Below, one piece after another: positions 13,018 to 26,857 of a stretch of 64,000 nt of DNA (positions are counted from its first letter, which is position 1; each line of letters opens with the position of its first letter). The notes under the pieces are model-generated. The model saw nothing but the letters and a program-made list of their open reading frames with translations, had not been told where the DNA came from and ran no database searches. The position numbers were made by a program, and so were the translations under genes. The stretch comes from Octopus sinensis (lineage: Eukaryota), in the NCBI RefSeq assembly GCF_006345805.1, contig NC_043006.1:99386001-99450000 (forward strand). Reading direction: 5' to 3'.

Positions 13018-14861
13018 GAATGTACTTTTGCACAATGCAGTGGGAGTAAATTTTGAGCAACCGTTAACATAATCTAATTTACTTTAAGGTATGGATGACT
13101 TAAGTTTACTTTTAACGACCTCATTCTTACAAACACCAAGTAGATAGTTAACTTTTTGTGATCATGAATGCACTTAACCTCACATTTTGCGTATGCTTCT
13201 ATGAGCCAGAGTTCACGCGTCATGTAGCTTGACCGAGGGTGTTTATACATCCATATTTGTTAATGGTTAATTTTAATACTTTTCTCCGGGGATTGCGTCT
13301 TCTTATTCTTTGGTCATCTGTGATTTTGCTTCTGATCTTCTATATAAATGAAAATGTTTCCTCCGTTTGCTTGCATTTCGTTCTACAAAACGGGAAGTTA
13401 CATTGCGAAACTGCTATTTTAACGATTTGGATTTATTAATCACCCGACGAGATAGAACTACACCACCGGATGCTCCTGAATTAGTTGTTGATTGTCCCAC
13501 ACATGATGTATCGATGCTAGATGTGTCAAAACAATTGTCATGACTAATAATGGATTCTCGCATATTCAATCTTCCGTCTTTCATTTGCCATATATATGTG
13601 TTTGTGTGTGTGTATGTATGTATGTGTGTGTAAATGTATCTGTTGCTCCTTCGCCGCTCTCAAAAATAGCGATCGTAATATTTTATCTCGTTCGACTTAA
13701 CAGCCCTTCTTGTTTGTGTTACTGTTATTCTCCTTGTCCTGTCTTTTACTGTTTATATTTTGTACTGTCGTTACTGTCCTGATTTTGTTACCATGTTTAC
13801 CCTTCCGCCAAAAAATCTCAAATTTTATTTAATTTGATTTTCGCAGGAGGAATGTTTCATTAAAATCATGTGTCGCCTTCACCTTCGAAACGTGGAATAG
13901 ATGAAACAAAGGCGACAGAAGAAGGGGAAGTTTCCTTGTTTTATAAGTCCTGTACTCTATTTTTTCGTTGTTTAAGAAAAATGTCCATTTCCTTGGTTTT
14001 GTGTTTATCTTTTCGTTTCTCATTGTGTTCAACGTTTTTTTGGGTGTCCTGTACCCATATATGCATGTATATGTACATGTAGAGGTAGGTACGTACATAT
14101 ATGTATGTATATATGCATATGTTTTATTTATTTATTAATTTATTATATGCATATATATATACATACATACAAAGAGAGGCAGACAGGCAGACATAAATCG
14201 ACGGACACACAGATAGGCATGCGTCAGCAGACGTCAAGTCCTTAATAAACATGTAATATTTACAATTAAATGGACTAGATTGAGAGTGAGTCAGGCAGGC
14301 AGACATACACATAGACACGAAGACAGATAGAGAGACTGACAGAGATTGATAGCTGTTAATGTAATATATATATACAAAATTATACAAGTGTAAGATGCTG
14401 TGACGTTAATTAAATGCTTGAAGATTGAAATATAATCACAGATGTGTATGATTATTAATTGTTAAGGACCTGAAACTAAACGCGACATGTACTATTACAT
14501 AGAGAAAGATATGAAAATATATTAAAAGTAACCGTTATGTCTTAAGGATGATTGTTATTGAAAAATATTGATGCATAAAACAAGATTAGTGTTATTTAAT
14601 AATTATGTTGAATGAAAATTACGTAATTGCATTTTATTGAATTTTCAGGTGGCATATCTGAAGTGTAATCTGCACGCCATAATTACATGGAACAGCGAGA
14701 AATATCCAGAAGAATTCCAACAGATCATGTTACGTCAAATGCATAGGCACATTCATTAATTACTGATGACGATTCTACAAAGAATGTTAACCCTGCATGG
14801 CTTTCACCCACTTCCATGTATCACCAAATGACAACTACCATCGTTATATTGATCATTGTGA

Positions 14862-14911
14862 TACTACTACTTCTACTACTACTTCTACTACTACTACTAC
14901 AACTACTACTG

Positions 14912-14950
<39 letters not shown>

Positions 14951-15131
14951 TAATAATAATAATTAGAAAAAGAAGAAGAAGAAGAAGAAGGGGAAGAAGA
15001 AGAAGAAGAGGAAGAAGAAGAAGAAAAGAGAAGAAGAAGAAGAAGAAGAAGAAGAAGAAGAAGAAGAAGAAGAAGAAGAAGAAGAAGAAGAAGAAGAAGA
15101 AGAAGAAGAAAAAGAAGAAGAAGAAGAAGAA
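14862..15131. repeat. Compound (ACT)n-(AAT)n-(GAA)n microsatellite
   Basis: Direct reading; source of the low-complexity ORFs 14797-15165 and 14821-15156. Confidence 0.95.
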
Positions 15132-15791
15132 TGGTAATCCATTCTATTATAGGCATAAAGCCTGAAATTTTGGCGGTGGGGGTCTGCTTGCTTATCTCGA
15201 CAACAGAGTCAAGCCCCGAGAGTATGAAAAGCAGACGAAGTGAGAGGCTTTAAAGAACCAAAACGGAATTGACTGCGTGAGTAAATTGTCCTGAATATAT
15301 GTCACATAGTCACAAGAACTGCACTACAGAAATAATGTGTATGTTACCAAAAGTGGCATAACATCAAGTAGATTATTCGTTAGCACATATTATGAAGGTT
15401 TAATATTTGGGACGTCCGTGAGTAATGCTGTGTAGTATACATATTTTTTAACGTTGTATTATAAAATCGTTGTACCCATCGTAACTTCGAAAAACAACGT
15501 GTAATAATAATTTTCTTTTTGTGAAGATTCCTTCACATAGCTATTCAGCATGAACAAACGGGATAAAGCATTCACAGCATCCAAGTGTAATGACAATAGA
15601 TGTGGAACGTGACACTACATGCATAGTAATCGATCCATTAGAACCAAAAATACACGTCAAATGCAAATTAAATAGACCACTTGCAGGTTTTGTTATTGAA
15701 AATAACCTTGTTGATGTTCACTTCTGAGACTGCATTTTTCTATTGTCATTGTGAAATGCTATATCCATCCGTTAAGTATATTAAATGTTTT

Positions 15792-16176
15792 GTGGAGGCG
15801 CAATGGCCCAGTGGTTAGGGCAGCGGACTCGCGGTCATAGGATCGCGGTTTCGATTCCCAGACCGGGCGTTGTGAGTGTTTATTGAGCGAAAACACCTAA
15901 AAGTTCCACGAGGCTCCGGCAGGGCATGGTGGTGATCCCTGCTGTACTCTTTCACCACAACTTTCTCTCACTCTTACTTCCTGTTTCTGTTGTACCTGTA
16001 TTTCAAGGGGCCGACCTTGCCACTCTCTATGTCACGCTGAATATCTCCGAGAACTACGTTAAGGGTACACGTGTCTGTGGTGTGCTCAACCACTTACACG
16101 TTAATTTCACGAGCAGGCTGTTCCGTTGATTCAGATCAACCGGAACCCTCATCGTCGTAACCGACGGAGTGCTTCC
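15792..16176 (+). mobile_element. Full-length tRNA-derived SINE (gtggaggcgcaatggcccagtgg head)
   Basis: Intact A box tggcccagtgg and B box ggtttcgattccc; body shared with 19531-19804 and tail shared with 36310-36515. Confidence 0.9.
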
Positions 16177-16654
16177 ATCCCATATTAAATGCTTAAACGT
16201 AAATCTGGACACACTTCATGCCTGCTTCGTCAGCCATTCCTCTCTGGGCTTGCTTAGGGTATGTTAGAAGAGCGCATTCATTGTGGATTTTCGTTTTTCT
16301 TCGTTGCTTTCATCCCACGTAAGGCGTTCAGTATCCTACAAATCTTTAGAAAAATGTATTTTAACCGTAAATTTATGATAAGTAATTTAGTGATGACTCC
16401 ACGCTCCCCAGAATTCTAAAACTTCTGAACTAGAGCCTCACGACCAGATGGAGTTTCATGTCCTACCCAGGACATTGTATTAATGTGTCAAAACTGGAAT
16501 GCATGACAACAGACAAATCTAATCCTGACGTTAACATGACAATCTCTGGGAAAACCAGTAAAGCAAGGTTTTGAATTCACCTACCTCGAGTACATATTAT
16601 CTTCAAAACAAGACTGAGTGATAGCTGTGACCCAATTATTTCAAAACGAATGCC

Positions 16655-17931
16655 ATACCTATTTCTTTATTGCCCACAAGGGGCTAAACATAGAGGGGAC
16701 AAACAAGGACAGACATAGGTATTAAGTCGATTACATCGACCCCAGTGCGTAACTGGTACTTAATTTATCGACCCCGAAAGGATGAAAGGCCAAATCGACC
16801 TCGGCGGATTTTGAACTCAGAACGTAGCGGCAGACGTAATACAAGGGGCGAAACACCGAGAGGAAAGCAAGGACAGACAAACGGAATAAGTGGATTATAT
16901 CAAACCCAGTGCATAACTGGTACTTATTTAATCGACCCCGAAAGGATGAAAAGAAAGGTCGACCTCGGCGGAATTTGGACTCAGAACGTAACGGTAGACG
17001 AAATACCTATTTCTTTACTACCCACAAGGGGCTAAACACAGAGGGGACAAACAAGGACATACATAGGTATTAAGTCGATTACATCGATCCCAGTGCGTAA
17101 CTGGTAATTAATTTATCGACTCCGAAATGATGAAAGGCCAAATCGACCTCGGCGGATTTTGAACTCAGAACGTAGCGGCAGACGTAATACAAGGGGCGAA
17201 ACACCGAGAGGAAAGCAAGGACAGACAAACGGAATAAGTGGATTATATCAAACCCAGTGCATAACTGGTACTTATTTAATCGACCCCGAAAGGATGAAAG
17301 GCAAAGTCGACCTCGGTGGAATTTGGACTCAGAACGTAACGGTAGACGAAATACCTATTTCTTTACTACCCACAAGGGGCTAAACACAGAGGGGACAAAC
17401 AAGGACATACATAGGTATTAAGTCGATTACATCGATCCCAGTGCGTAACTGGTAATTAATTTATCGACTCCGAAATGATGAAAGGCCAAATCGACCTCGG
17501 CGGATTTTGAACTCAGAACGTAGCGGCAGACGTAATACAAGGGGCGAAACACCGAGAGGAAAGCAAGGACAGACAAACGGAATAAGTGGATTATATCAAA
17601 CCCAGTGCATAACTGGTACTTATTTAATCAACCCCGAAAGGATGAAAGGCAAAGTCGACCTCGGTGGAATTTGAACTCTGAACGTAACGACAGATGAAAT
17701 ACCTATTTCTTTACTACCCACAAGGGGCTAAACACAGAGGGGACAAACAAGGACATACATAGGTATTAAGTCGATTACATCAACCCCAGTGCGTAACTGG
17801 TAATTAATTTATCGACCCCGAAAGTTTGAAAGGCAAAGTCGACCTCGGCGGAATTTGAACTCAGAACGTAACGGCATACGAAATACCGCTAAGCATTTCG
17901 CCCGGCGTGCTAACGTTTCTGCCAGCTCGCC
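16655..17931 (-). repeat. SINE-derived tandem array: one family A head plus 7 body monomers as a 348-bp higher-order repeat (A 184 bp + B 164 bp)
   Basis: atacctatttcttta recurs at 16655, 17003, 17351 and 17699 (period 348). B monomers start atacaaggggcgaaacacc. The tRNA-like head is present only at 17880-17931. Confidence 0.95.
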
Positions 17932-19024
17932 ATACCATTTACACTCAAAAGCATCTCATGCGCCTATATTCTTTCAACAGATTTATATGCAATACAACGT
18001 GTCGACTGAACTTTTTCAGAGTCATCTGTCAGGTGTATATCTTTCATAGTCACGTGATGTAGCGTATTACTAACACCGAACTCTCACGCTCTCAGGCAAT
18101 GTCAGAACTCTAGATCCAAGGCAATAAAACAATTTACCATTACCGAAGACAAATAACCAAATTACGAACAATTACATCTGCGATCAAAATGCTTGATTAC
18201 ATTAAGCGAATGGCTTCTGAGATCAGCAAGACCTGTTTGGAATGTGTAATTATAAGAACGAGAGAAACATACTGACTTTCTAAGATTTTCACATCACGGA
18301 CAGGTCTTAACATAGGTTCCCTCAATACGATTGCCGAGGATCGAATACAGTGAAGGCAATACATTAAGTTGAGGTGCATTCTGCTGCAGACAGAGATGAT
18401 GATGACGAGACGGAAAATTATATTTCTATTAAAATTTTCTTAAAAGTAATTGGTTTTATTTTTAAACAATGGTTAATACGTTACTTCGTACAAAATAGTG
18501 GGTGAAATGTCATTTGAGATTCACAATCCCATAATTATGTTGATGCAATATTTATAATCACCAGTTTTACGTCTATGTTGCACAATCATATCATTAATTA
18601 TTATCCATCATGATATACACCAAAATACTTATGACTTGTTATAAAGAGAACAATTCTTGTCAGCTGCTGTTAAAAAGTAATAATCTCTTCAGAAATTAAT
18701 TGCTTCATCTATTTGACTAAGACATTTCACGCGATAGTCTCCGTCTTTCATCTTTCTTTGTTGTGCAGTAGATGGAATAACAATGTATTCAGTTAAATAG
18801 AATGCACTATGATTTATCGAATTTCAAATTATTTGCTTGGCAATGTAAAAGAATCTTAGATATATAAAGTTAAGCATATGCTACAATAAGATGTTTCGAA
18901 TTGAATGTGCTCTTTAACTTTAGAGAAAAACACATAAAGCAATCTATGGCGTATGCCTGGCATGTAAAAGTTGGAATAACAAACTGCCAAAGATTATACG
19001 CATTTAGCTAAAGACAAAAAAATA

Positions 19025-19298
19025 TTCTTTTAATTGTTTCAGTTATTTGACTGCGACCATCCTGGATCACCGCCTTTAGTCGAGCAAATCGGTCCCGGAA
19101 CTTATTCATTGTAAGCCTAGTACTTACTCTGTCGGTGTCTTTTTCCGAACCGGTAAGTTACAGTGACGTAAACACAGCAGCATCGGTTGTCAAGAGATGT
19201 TGAGGAAACAAACACAGACACACAAACACATACATACATACATACATACATACATACATACATGCATACATATATACATACATACATACATACATACA

Positions 19299-19346
<48 letters not shown>

Positions 19347-19455
19347 CACAAAACTACTCACATGTCTTTGGACGGCCCGACCAAAGGTGCCACGCATTGG
19401 GTCTCAATTGCGTGGTTGGTAAGCAAGCTACTTACCACACAGCCAGTCCTGCGCC
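19025..19455 (-). mobile_element. CORE-type SINE family B with internal (ACAT)n/(TA)n tract
   Basis: Reverse-complement match to the 21075 and 28504 copies; 5' half partly deleted. Confidence 0.85.
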
Positions 19456-19492
19456 TATAAATATATGCATATATTTCATTCATTTTATACAA

Positions 19493-19530
<38 letters not shown>

Positions 19531-19536
<6 letters not shown>

Positions 19537-19804
19537 ACCGACCAGACCATCAGATGTCTTACACATCGCTGGTCACAATGCGTTCGCATTGTTTTAGCCT
19601 TCGAATGACGCCACCCCGCTGGCTAAGCGAGCAGGCCAACAGAAGAAAGAGAGAGAGAAAGAGTGGTGAAAGAGTACAGCAGGGATCACCACCCCCTGCC
19701 GGAGCATCGTGGAGCTTTTAGGTGTTTTCGCTCAATAAACACTCGAAACCACGATCCTACGACCGCGAATCCGCTGCCCTAACCAGTAGGCCATTGCGCC
19801 TCCA
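19531..19804 (-). mobile_element. tRNA-derived SINE sharing head/body with 15792 but with a different 3' tail and a deleted B box
   Basis: Reverse complement reads tggaggcgcaatggcc..ggtttcga|gtgtttattgagcgaaaacacctaaaag..; tail ..gaccagcgatgtgtaagacatctgatggtctggtcggtcacgtg. Confidence 0.9.
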
Positions 19805-20937
19805 TATATATATATATATATCAATACATAATTTAGAGTATATATTCATATAGATAATTAGGTTATATGTATGTGTGTGTTTGTGCGATGGAATGTGGTT
19901 GTACCTCATAGGCGTTGTAATATCCTTTGGAATTGAACAGCATTTGTTCTACCGTTATTCACCGCAACAACGTAAGCTTCTATACATTCACTGATTTCTG
20001 TCTTAGCGAGCTTACCTGCCATTTGATAAATTAAACGAACATACCTAAATTGAAATTAATCACGTGGGCACAGTAAATATTTTGGTACATTCTACGAGCA
20101 ACGTTTATAGGCATTATGCGTTCCAGTGGCCATTATAATCGATCAATCACAGTTAAGACTACACAACTTGACGTAGTAAAAGACCGACGCAAATGAAGTA
20201 CATGCCATATATTCCTAACTAAACCAAAGCATTTACAATTGGGAATGTTTACAAATGACGATTGCTAGTCTAAACTAATTGAGTCGGTATTATGGTGTAA
20301 AGGAGTAAATAGATTTCATAGAATTACATGCATCAGAAGTAAATGTATGGCTTGCGCAATAGAACTCCTCTGAAGAATTAAAAGAGCAAAATCATTATCG
20401 GTCTATATTTTGATATAATGCTGTAGCGGTTGCCATGGCGATTTTCTCATGCATTGAAAGATGCGGGTTTCCATGAGAAAGACAAGATTATCAATATTAT
20501 CTTCGTTGTTGCCTAGGGAAACACACGTTTTATAATAAAGCATATAACTAACGAGTAAAGAATATTTTTTATTCCAATAGTTTTATTTGGATAGTTAACT
20601 GATGTCTATTCTTACAATTTTGGTGCCAAAAATGTAACAAAAATGTACCTCTGTATGATAAGGGATTATCGTTGGTTATTTGTATATTTAATTAGACTTT
20701 ACAAAATGGGTCGCCTATATTTACAAATATATATAAAAATAATGTTGATTTATCTTCAGTTACAATAAAAAGAATTTAATATTATTCTAATGGGCTACTG
20801 TATAATTTTGTAGTGTACAAATGGGATACAAATTTATTATTTTAAACAGGAATAGTACTGACAGTAACTTCGATGTTTCGATTGATTAATCCATTCCCAA
20901 CTGCAGTCTGGGGATGACGAGATATGACCTAAGGTAC

Positions 20938-20941
<4 letters not shown>

Positions 20942-21018
<77 letters not shown>

Positions 21019-21034
21019 ATATATATATATATAT

Positions 21035-21074
<40 letters not shown>
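20942..21074. repeat. (TA)n microsatellite
   Basis: Direct reading. Confidence 0.95.
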
Positions 21075-21078
<4 letters not shown>

Positions 21079-21236
21079 AGGAGTGGCTGAGTGGTAAGTG
21101 ACTTGCTAACCAACCACATGGTTCCGGGTTCAGTCCCACTGCGTGGCATCTTGGGCAAGTGTCTTCTGCTATAGCCCCGGGCCGACCAATGCCTTGTGAG
21201 TGGATTTGGTAGACGGAAACTGAAAGAAGCCCGTCG

Positions 21237-21286
<50 letters not shown>

Positions 21287-21438
21287 TTTGTATGTCTGTG
21301 TTTGTCCCCCTAGCATTGCTTGACAACAGATGCTGGTGTGTTTACAAAGAATAAGTCCCGGGGTCGATCTCCTCGACTAAAGGCGGTGCTCCAGCATGGC
21401 CGCAGTCAAATGACTGAAACAAGTAAAAGAGTAAAAGA
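21075..21438 (+). mobile_element. CORE-type SINE family B, young copy with internal deletion
   Basis: 5' half nearly identical to 28504-28927; lacks the segment between tttac and cttac. Confidence 0.9.
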
Positions 21439-21450
21439 GAGAGTATAGTA

Positions 21451-22278
21451 TACTAGCTGGCGTACCCGGTAATTCCCGGGAAAGCGGGGCTTATCCCTTG
21501 GTTCCGTTCTCGTAATTGTTTCGCTCAATCCACTAACAACAATACAAAGTATGCAGCCGTTAAACTGATTGTTGTGCAATTACAGAGAATACCGAACTGT
21601 TTTAGACAGGATCCTCTTTTTAGGAATTCCCAATTCCCAATAAGTTATGAATATCGAAATTGTGAAGTCAGTTATATCATAACATGAAATTAGTCACCCG
21701 ATAGTAAGAATTCAAATAAAGTAGCCCCGAAAAGTGTATATATAACATAGTAGGTAAATAGTATTATTATACGTAATTCATGAAGAGTGTTACGTAATAA
21801 CAGGCTAATCAAATAATTCTGAAAATGACTTTTGTGCGTTCCTAGAGAATATTAACCTCAAGGGCGCCAGTCTTGGTATATTCGTGAATAAGTCACTAAC
21901 CAAAATAAGTGATTCTATTGTTTAGGAAAATAATATTTACTTGTTTAAGGATTGCACTGGATAAATTGCAAAAATAACTATACCAGTACAAATACTAAGA
22001 AATAAGCATACACAATTTGATTTATAGCAAATAAATTAGGAAATAATTGGGCTATTTCCCTTGGCTTTTAAATTAAAATATATTAGATATATGTAATGAT
22101 CCCTTCCAGGGACCCTATTATCGATGTGTTCAATAATCTGGGTATGCCATGAGGTTCCCATACACGAGTTACACTCACGTGTAAAGTTTAATTGGAATCG
22201 CTAAAACGATGTAGAGGGAGTTAGCTAGCAACACCATAAACATTCCCACACACAGAATTTTCCACATACGTAGTAGAT
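21451..22278 (+). mobile_element. Possible non-autonomous Helitron-like element
   Basis: Starts tactagctgg..cccggtaattcccggg (short hairpin) and ends ttttccacatacgtagtagat. The 3' architecture (aagtttaattggaatcg..ggagttagc..aaaca) resembles non-autonomous rolling-circle elements I recall from invertebrates; recognition by eye only. Confidence 0.4.
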
Positions 22279-22338
22279 GTATATATATGTATATGTATAT
22301 GTGTATGCATATGTATATATATATATATATAATATATA

Positions 22339-22376
<38 letters not shown>

Positions 22377-22504
22377 GTATGTAAACACATATATACATAC
22401 ATATGTCTGTGTGTATTTATATACATATGTATATATGTATATATACATAAATATATAAACATCAATATATTTATATATACATATATATTTGTATATATAT
22501 ATAC

Positions 22505-22543
<39 letters not shown>

Positions 22544-22544
22544 A

Positions 22545-22620
<76 letters not shown>
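22279..22620. repeat. Degenerate (TA)n/(TG)n microsatellite
   Basis: Direct reading. Confidence 0.95.
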
Positions 22621-22621
<1 letters not shown>

Positions 22622-25600
22622 GCGAGATAGTTTGATGGATAATTATAGATGTAGATATATGCATATGCAACTACTTCTACATATCCATAGAAATATACGC
22701 ATAAACGCACTTGTACACACATAGATATGTGTGTATGGTCATTTGCCAATTTGACGACAGATTCATCATTCCATCTACGTTACTATAAGTGTTATCACCA
22801 ACTTAACAAATGTCCACTTTTTGTCCACTTGCGCAGCCATGTCTTGGCCCTAGGAATGGAAAATTAGTAGAACATTAATGGTGCCCTCCAAATAGCTCTT
22901 ATTAATCCATGCGTTTACTAATATATCCTAATCTATCATCGCGTACTGAATTTCAAATAGATGCTGTTGCAGAAATAAACCGCAAAAAATAGTGTTGTAG
23001 ATATTAATAAATAAATGCTGTTTGGAATCGCGTATTCTGTCATGCGATGGATTTTATAGCTTTCCTTAGATTTGCCCGTGTCAAGAACCTAACTATTACA
23101 AGGTTTATCGCCGATTCTAGTGCAAAGGCGCACGAGAGACATGCATTATCCGTTGTCATTTGGCCCAAATACCAAACATAAATTTCAATATTGTTATTCC
23201 TTTTAATCTATCCTGTATATTATTTTAGGCTCTTGGAAACAGACACGCCTTATAACTAAAACAAAGGAAACATTATTAAAATGTACGCCATTTACCAAAT
23301 ACGCTGGGTTTAGTCTCTTCCCGGGCGTGAGATTCTCTCCCAACATTGCCTTTTCTGAATCATTTTATAAAAGATGCCCCAGTATGATCGCATTCGAATG
23401 ACTGATACAAATAAGAAATAAGTGATAGGTTGTGTTGTTTGCGTTCAAAATATGTTATACCTAGAGACGATAGGAAATTTTGTTTTGAGATTCAAAATCT
23501 TTATAATGCTATATCGTATATTTTAATTATCATTAACATAGTTCATTTTTCCATCTCATTCCTCAATACATGGGATAAAATCTAAAAAAGGAACTATTGA
23601 CACCCCCACATTTGAATGAAAATCGTATTTTCATTAATAGATGTATTAGGCCTTCTCCAGATATATATTCATTCTCTCCTTTGTGTTGCTTGTCACTTTT
23701 ACTTTCCCATTTTATATTATTTGAGTCAATAACTTATAAAATTAATACGAAAATTTTATTTCTTTTTGCCTGAAAGCAAGAAAGATATTGACAAATTATA
23801 CAGCAGATGTTTTATAGAAATGCAAGGTAAAATAGTAAGAGCGTCGGTATAAGGAATATAACAGCCTTGAAAATATTTTTACTGTATAAACAATGACTGC
23901 ACTTAGATTATATTCCAAAAGTCGCATTGATCCAGGAGAACATTCCTCAGCTGACATTTTGTGTAGTGTTCAAATATATTATGTATAATTAAAATTGTTG
24001 ACATGACAAACCATCAGCAGCAGCTATAAACACTTAAAAATCGCATCGGTTTACTCTGCACTGTTTTTGTACTTCCAAACGTTACGTTTTCCATTTGTTT
24101 TAAGGTTTCGAATCTCTGTTACTTTCACGACAATTATTTATAATTTATTGATATTTAAGTTATTTGATGACGCAAAATATACCTTTTTTTTTCATGTATT
24201 AATCGTCAACAGAGATATTGGATGGATATATTATTAGCAAAAAGTATGAAAGATCAAGATGAGTCCTCAACATACATTGCGAAGTTGTCACGAGTTGTGA
24301 AATTTTATACCGCTTGTATTATATTATTTTCATAGTCAGTGCAATATGATTGTATTCAATTCAATACCACATTTGTGATTCATTAAACCAATGATACATA
24401 GATTCATCCGATTCTTCACTGTGGAAAGCAGTTGGACGAAATTCTACAGCATCGTCCTGTTGGACCTTGCATGATAATACGAGCGGCATCCTTCCCTCTC
24501 TAAAAGTTCCATTTTATATGTTAAGACAATTTTGACGTCTATGTATCAAAGTCCATCCACTCATTTTCCTATCATAAGATTATTAAATTATCCGGTCTAA
24601 ATATACATAATACATGTTATATACGCTCATTCGTCAGCAGTAAACACAGACAGCCTGCGTATTGAAAAGTGAAATATAATGAATTAAATCCAATAAGCTG
24701 AAATGTATGTTGTAGCAACAAAATATGGAGTGACAGCGTCTGTAAGAAGGCGGAAATGTGATATGTGTTATTACGTACAATTCCTTTCCCTCTGATGTCA
24801 AATCTAACTTCTGTTGTCTTTCTTTTCATCACTTCAACGCCACATTATAAGATCTTGTCAAATCCTGGGAGCAGATAAACTGACTACGCTCTTTTGTGAA
24901 CTCTCAATACTTGTATCATTATAACACAATCATTATTATTTTATAAATACTGCAGGGTTTAATTTATATAATGCGTTTATTGATTTTGCATTGAACTCCT
25001 ACTTGCTTAAACAGATGAAGTACCATTGAAATATTAGAGCTGAATTAAACAATCATACAAACCCCAATAATGAATATAGTCATCTTTCCAGTGAAGAGAA
25101 AGTAATATGCTGTGCGATTCAATGAATAAAACTGCTTCAATCTCATCAGAATTCACAACGTTATTTTACATTTTGACACAATAAATGAAATAATGTCGAT
25201 GTATTCTGAAGATTTATGAATAGGAATTGATTACACGATCATGTTCTGAATTATTGCTAACAAGCAGGTGTATTATCTCAGTTCACCTACATCCAATACG
25301 TAAAACTTAGTACAATAAACATCTGTTGTACTTTATGGTCATACTCTCCCAAATATTAGTAATTCAAAGTCTATGATGGATAGATAGAAAGATACATACA
25401 TAAATACATACATACATACATACATACATACATACATACATACATACATACATACACGCATATATTCAGGTGTGTGTGTGTATACACACGACCAATGTTT
25501 ACCTATGCGCGAAAGTCTTGTGTTCGAATAACAATTCTCTTTCAAACTCAACGCTTTGTCTTAATAAGCACTCATAGAATTGCTCCACCTCTCACCAACA

Positions 25601-26857
25601 AAATAACTACAGTACGTATGCAAACTTGCCATTTGCTAACTTGTATCTGATCTACACTTCACAAACTACTCTGCATATGTTTCTCAGTGTGTGTGGGGGG
25701 CGGGTCTCGTGTTTCTATGGAGCTTCGTGTACACAGAGGTGGTCAAGTTTTGTATTCAGCAGACAGCTGAAATACACACAAACACACACATATATTTATA
25801 TATATATATATTAACGTGCATTGATGTTTTATGGCAAGTTATATATAAATACAACTAGATATACATATACATTAAACCAATGAAATAAACTGTTTCCTTA
25901 AAAGTGATGGAGAACATCCAATTTTCTATGGTACTTCAGTTGAAAGCCACAAACAAAATGGTATAATTACAATACAATTGACTTTTAAAACTTTACTTAC
26001 ATTATAATATAATTATATTATAAAAAGATACAATGCAATATTTAAAAAATAGTTAAACAAATCTAAATCCAACAATTTGTTTCGACTGATATCCACTAGC
26101 GCATGTGTTTCCTCAGAGTAATGTTTGTGCAAAAAAGACAAAAAAGGGATTTCATGCAAGGACTGCTAAATCATAAAAGACACTGGTTTAAAATATACTT
26201 ATGTTTACAAGCGTGAGCGTTGTTATTTCAAAAATATAATAAATAAAATAAAAACAAAAACAAAATTTAAATAGATAAAATAGTTAAGTAAAAAAAAATT
26301 ACAACGGTCATAAAATATCCTTATGCTTCTCCAATAATAGTAATCGAAATTTACTTTAATCGAAAATAATCACTGCCAATTTTTTATATATAGAAGATCT
26401 ATATATGTTAAAAATGTATAGTGAAGTATGAAGTATATCGCATTTAAAATTACTATATACTTTATAATTACTCTATATATGAAAAATATATCAATAAATA
26501 AGTATATATTTTATTCAGATATGAAATTCATTAAAAAAATTGTTAATCAACAATTCATTCACTCAAATGGTATCTACTAAATACGCCGATGTTAAACAAA
26601 TGTCTAAAGTTACGATTATCATAAATCATAATATTTCATACATAACAAAAAGATAATAATATATAAATAAATGAAGTATCAGAATTTTACTTACTTTTAC
26701 AGAAGGAAGCAAATTAGAGTAAGCCAATAGTTTCATTTTTCTGTAATTTTTATGCGTTTACAATTTCCAAAGAACATAATACGAAGATATGTTGTAAGTA
26801 ATGTAGGATCTACAAAAAATTTTCATATATGCATAATTATTAAAAAAGAAATAAATT

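Noticed and set aside
15792-15865. Possible functional tRNA genes in SINE heads (also 7972, 12750-12820, 46711-46843)
   Set aside because: No complete cloverleaf or acceptor stem; each continues into SINE body or tail sequence.
16745-17383. Repeated ORFs 16745-17035, 17159-17383 and 27565-27954 with near-identical peptides
   Set aside because: Antisense translations of the SINE array monomers; their similarity reflects DNA repeat identity, not a gene family.
16655-17931. CRISPR-like regular repeat array
   Set aside because: Units are 164-184 bp near-identical SINE bodies with no unique spacers, in a eukaryotic context with no cas genes.
18190-18420. Putative exon with ctgcag acceptor and gtcagt donor on the minus strand
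   Set aside because: The open frame has no recognisable similarity and such site pairs are common by chance.
20140-20480. Faint Penelope-like peptide traces (also 25930-26100 and 47820-48000)
   Set aside because: Only a few residues resemble the motifs; cannot be supported without a profile search.
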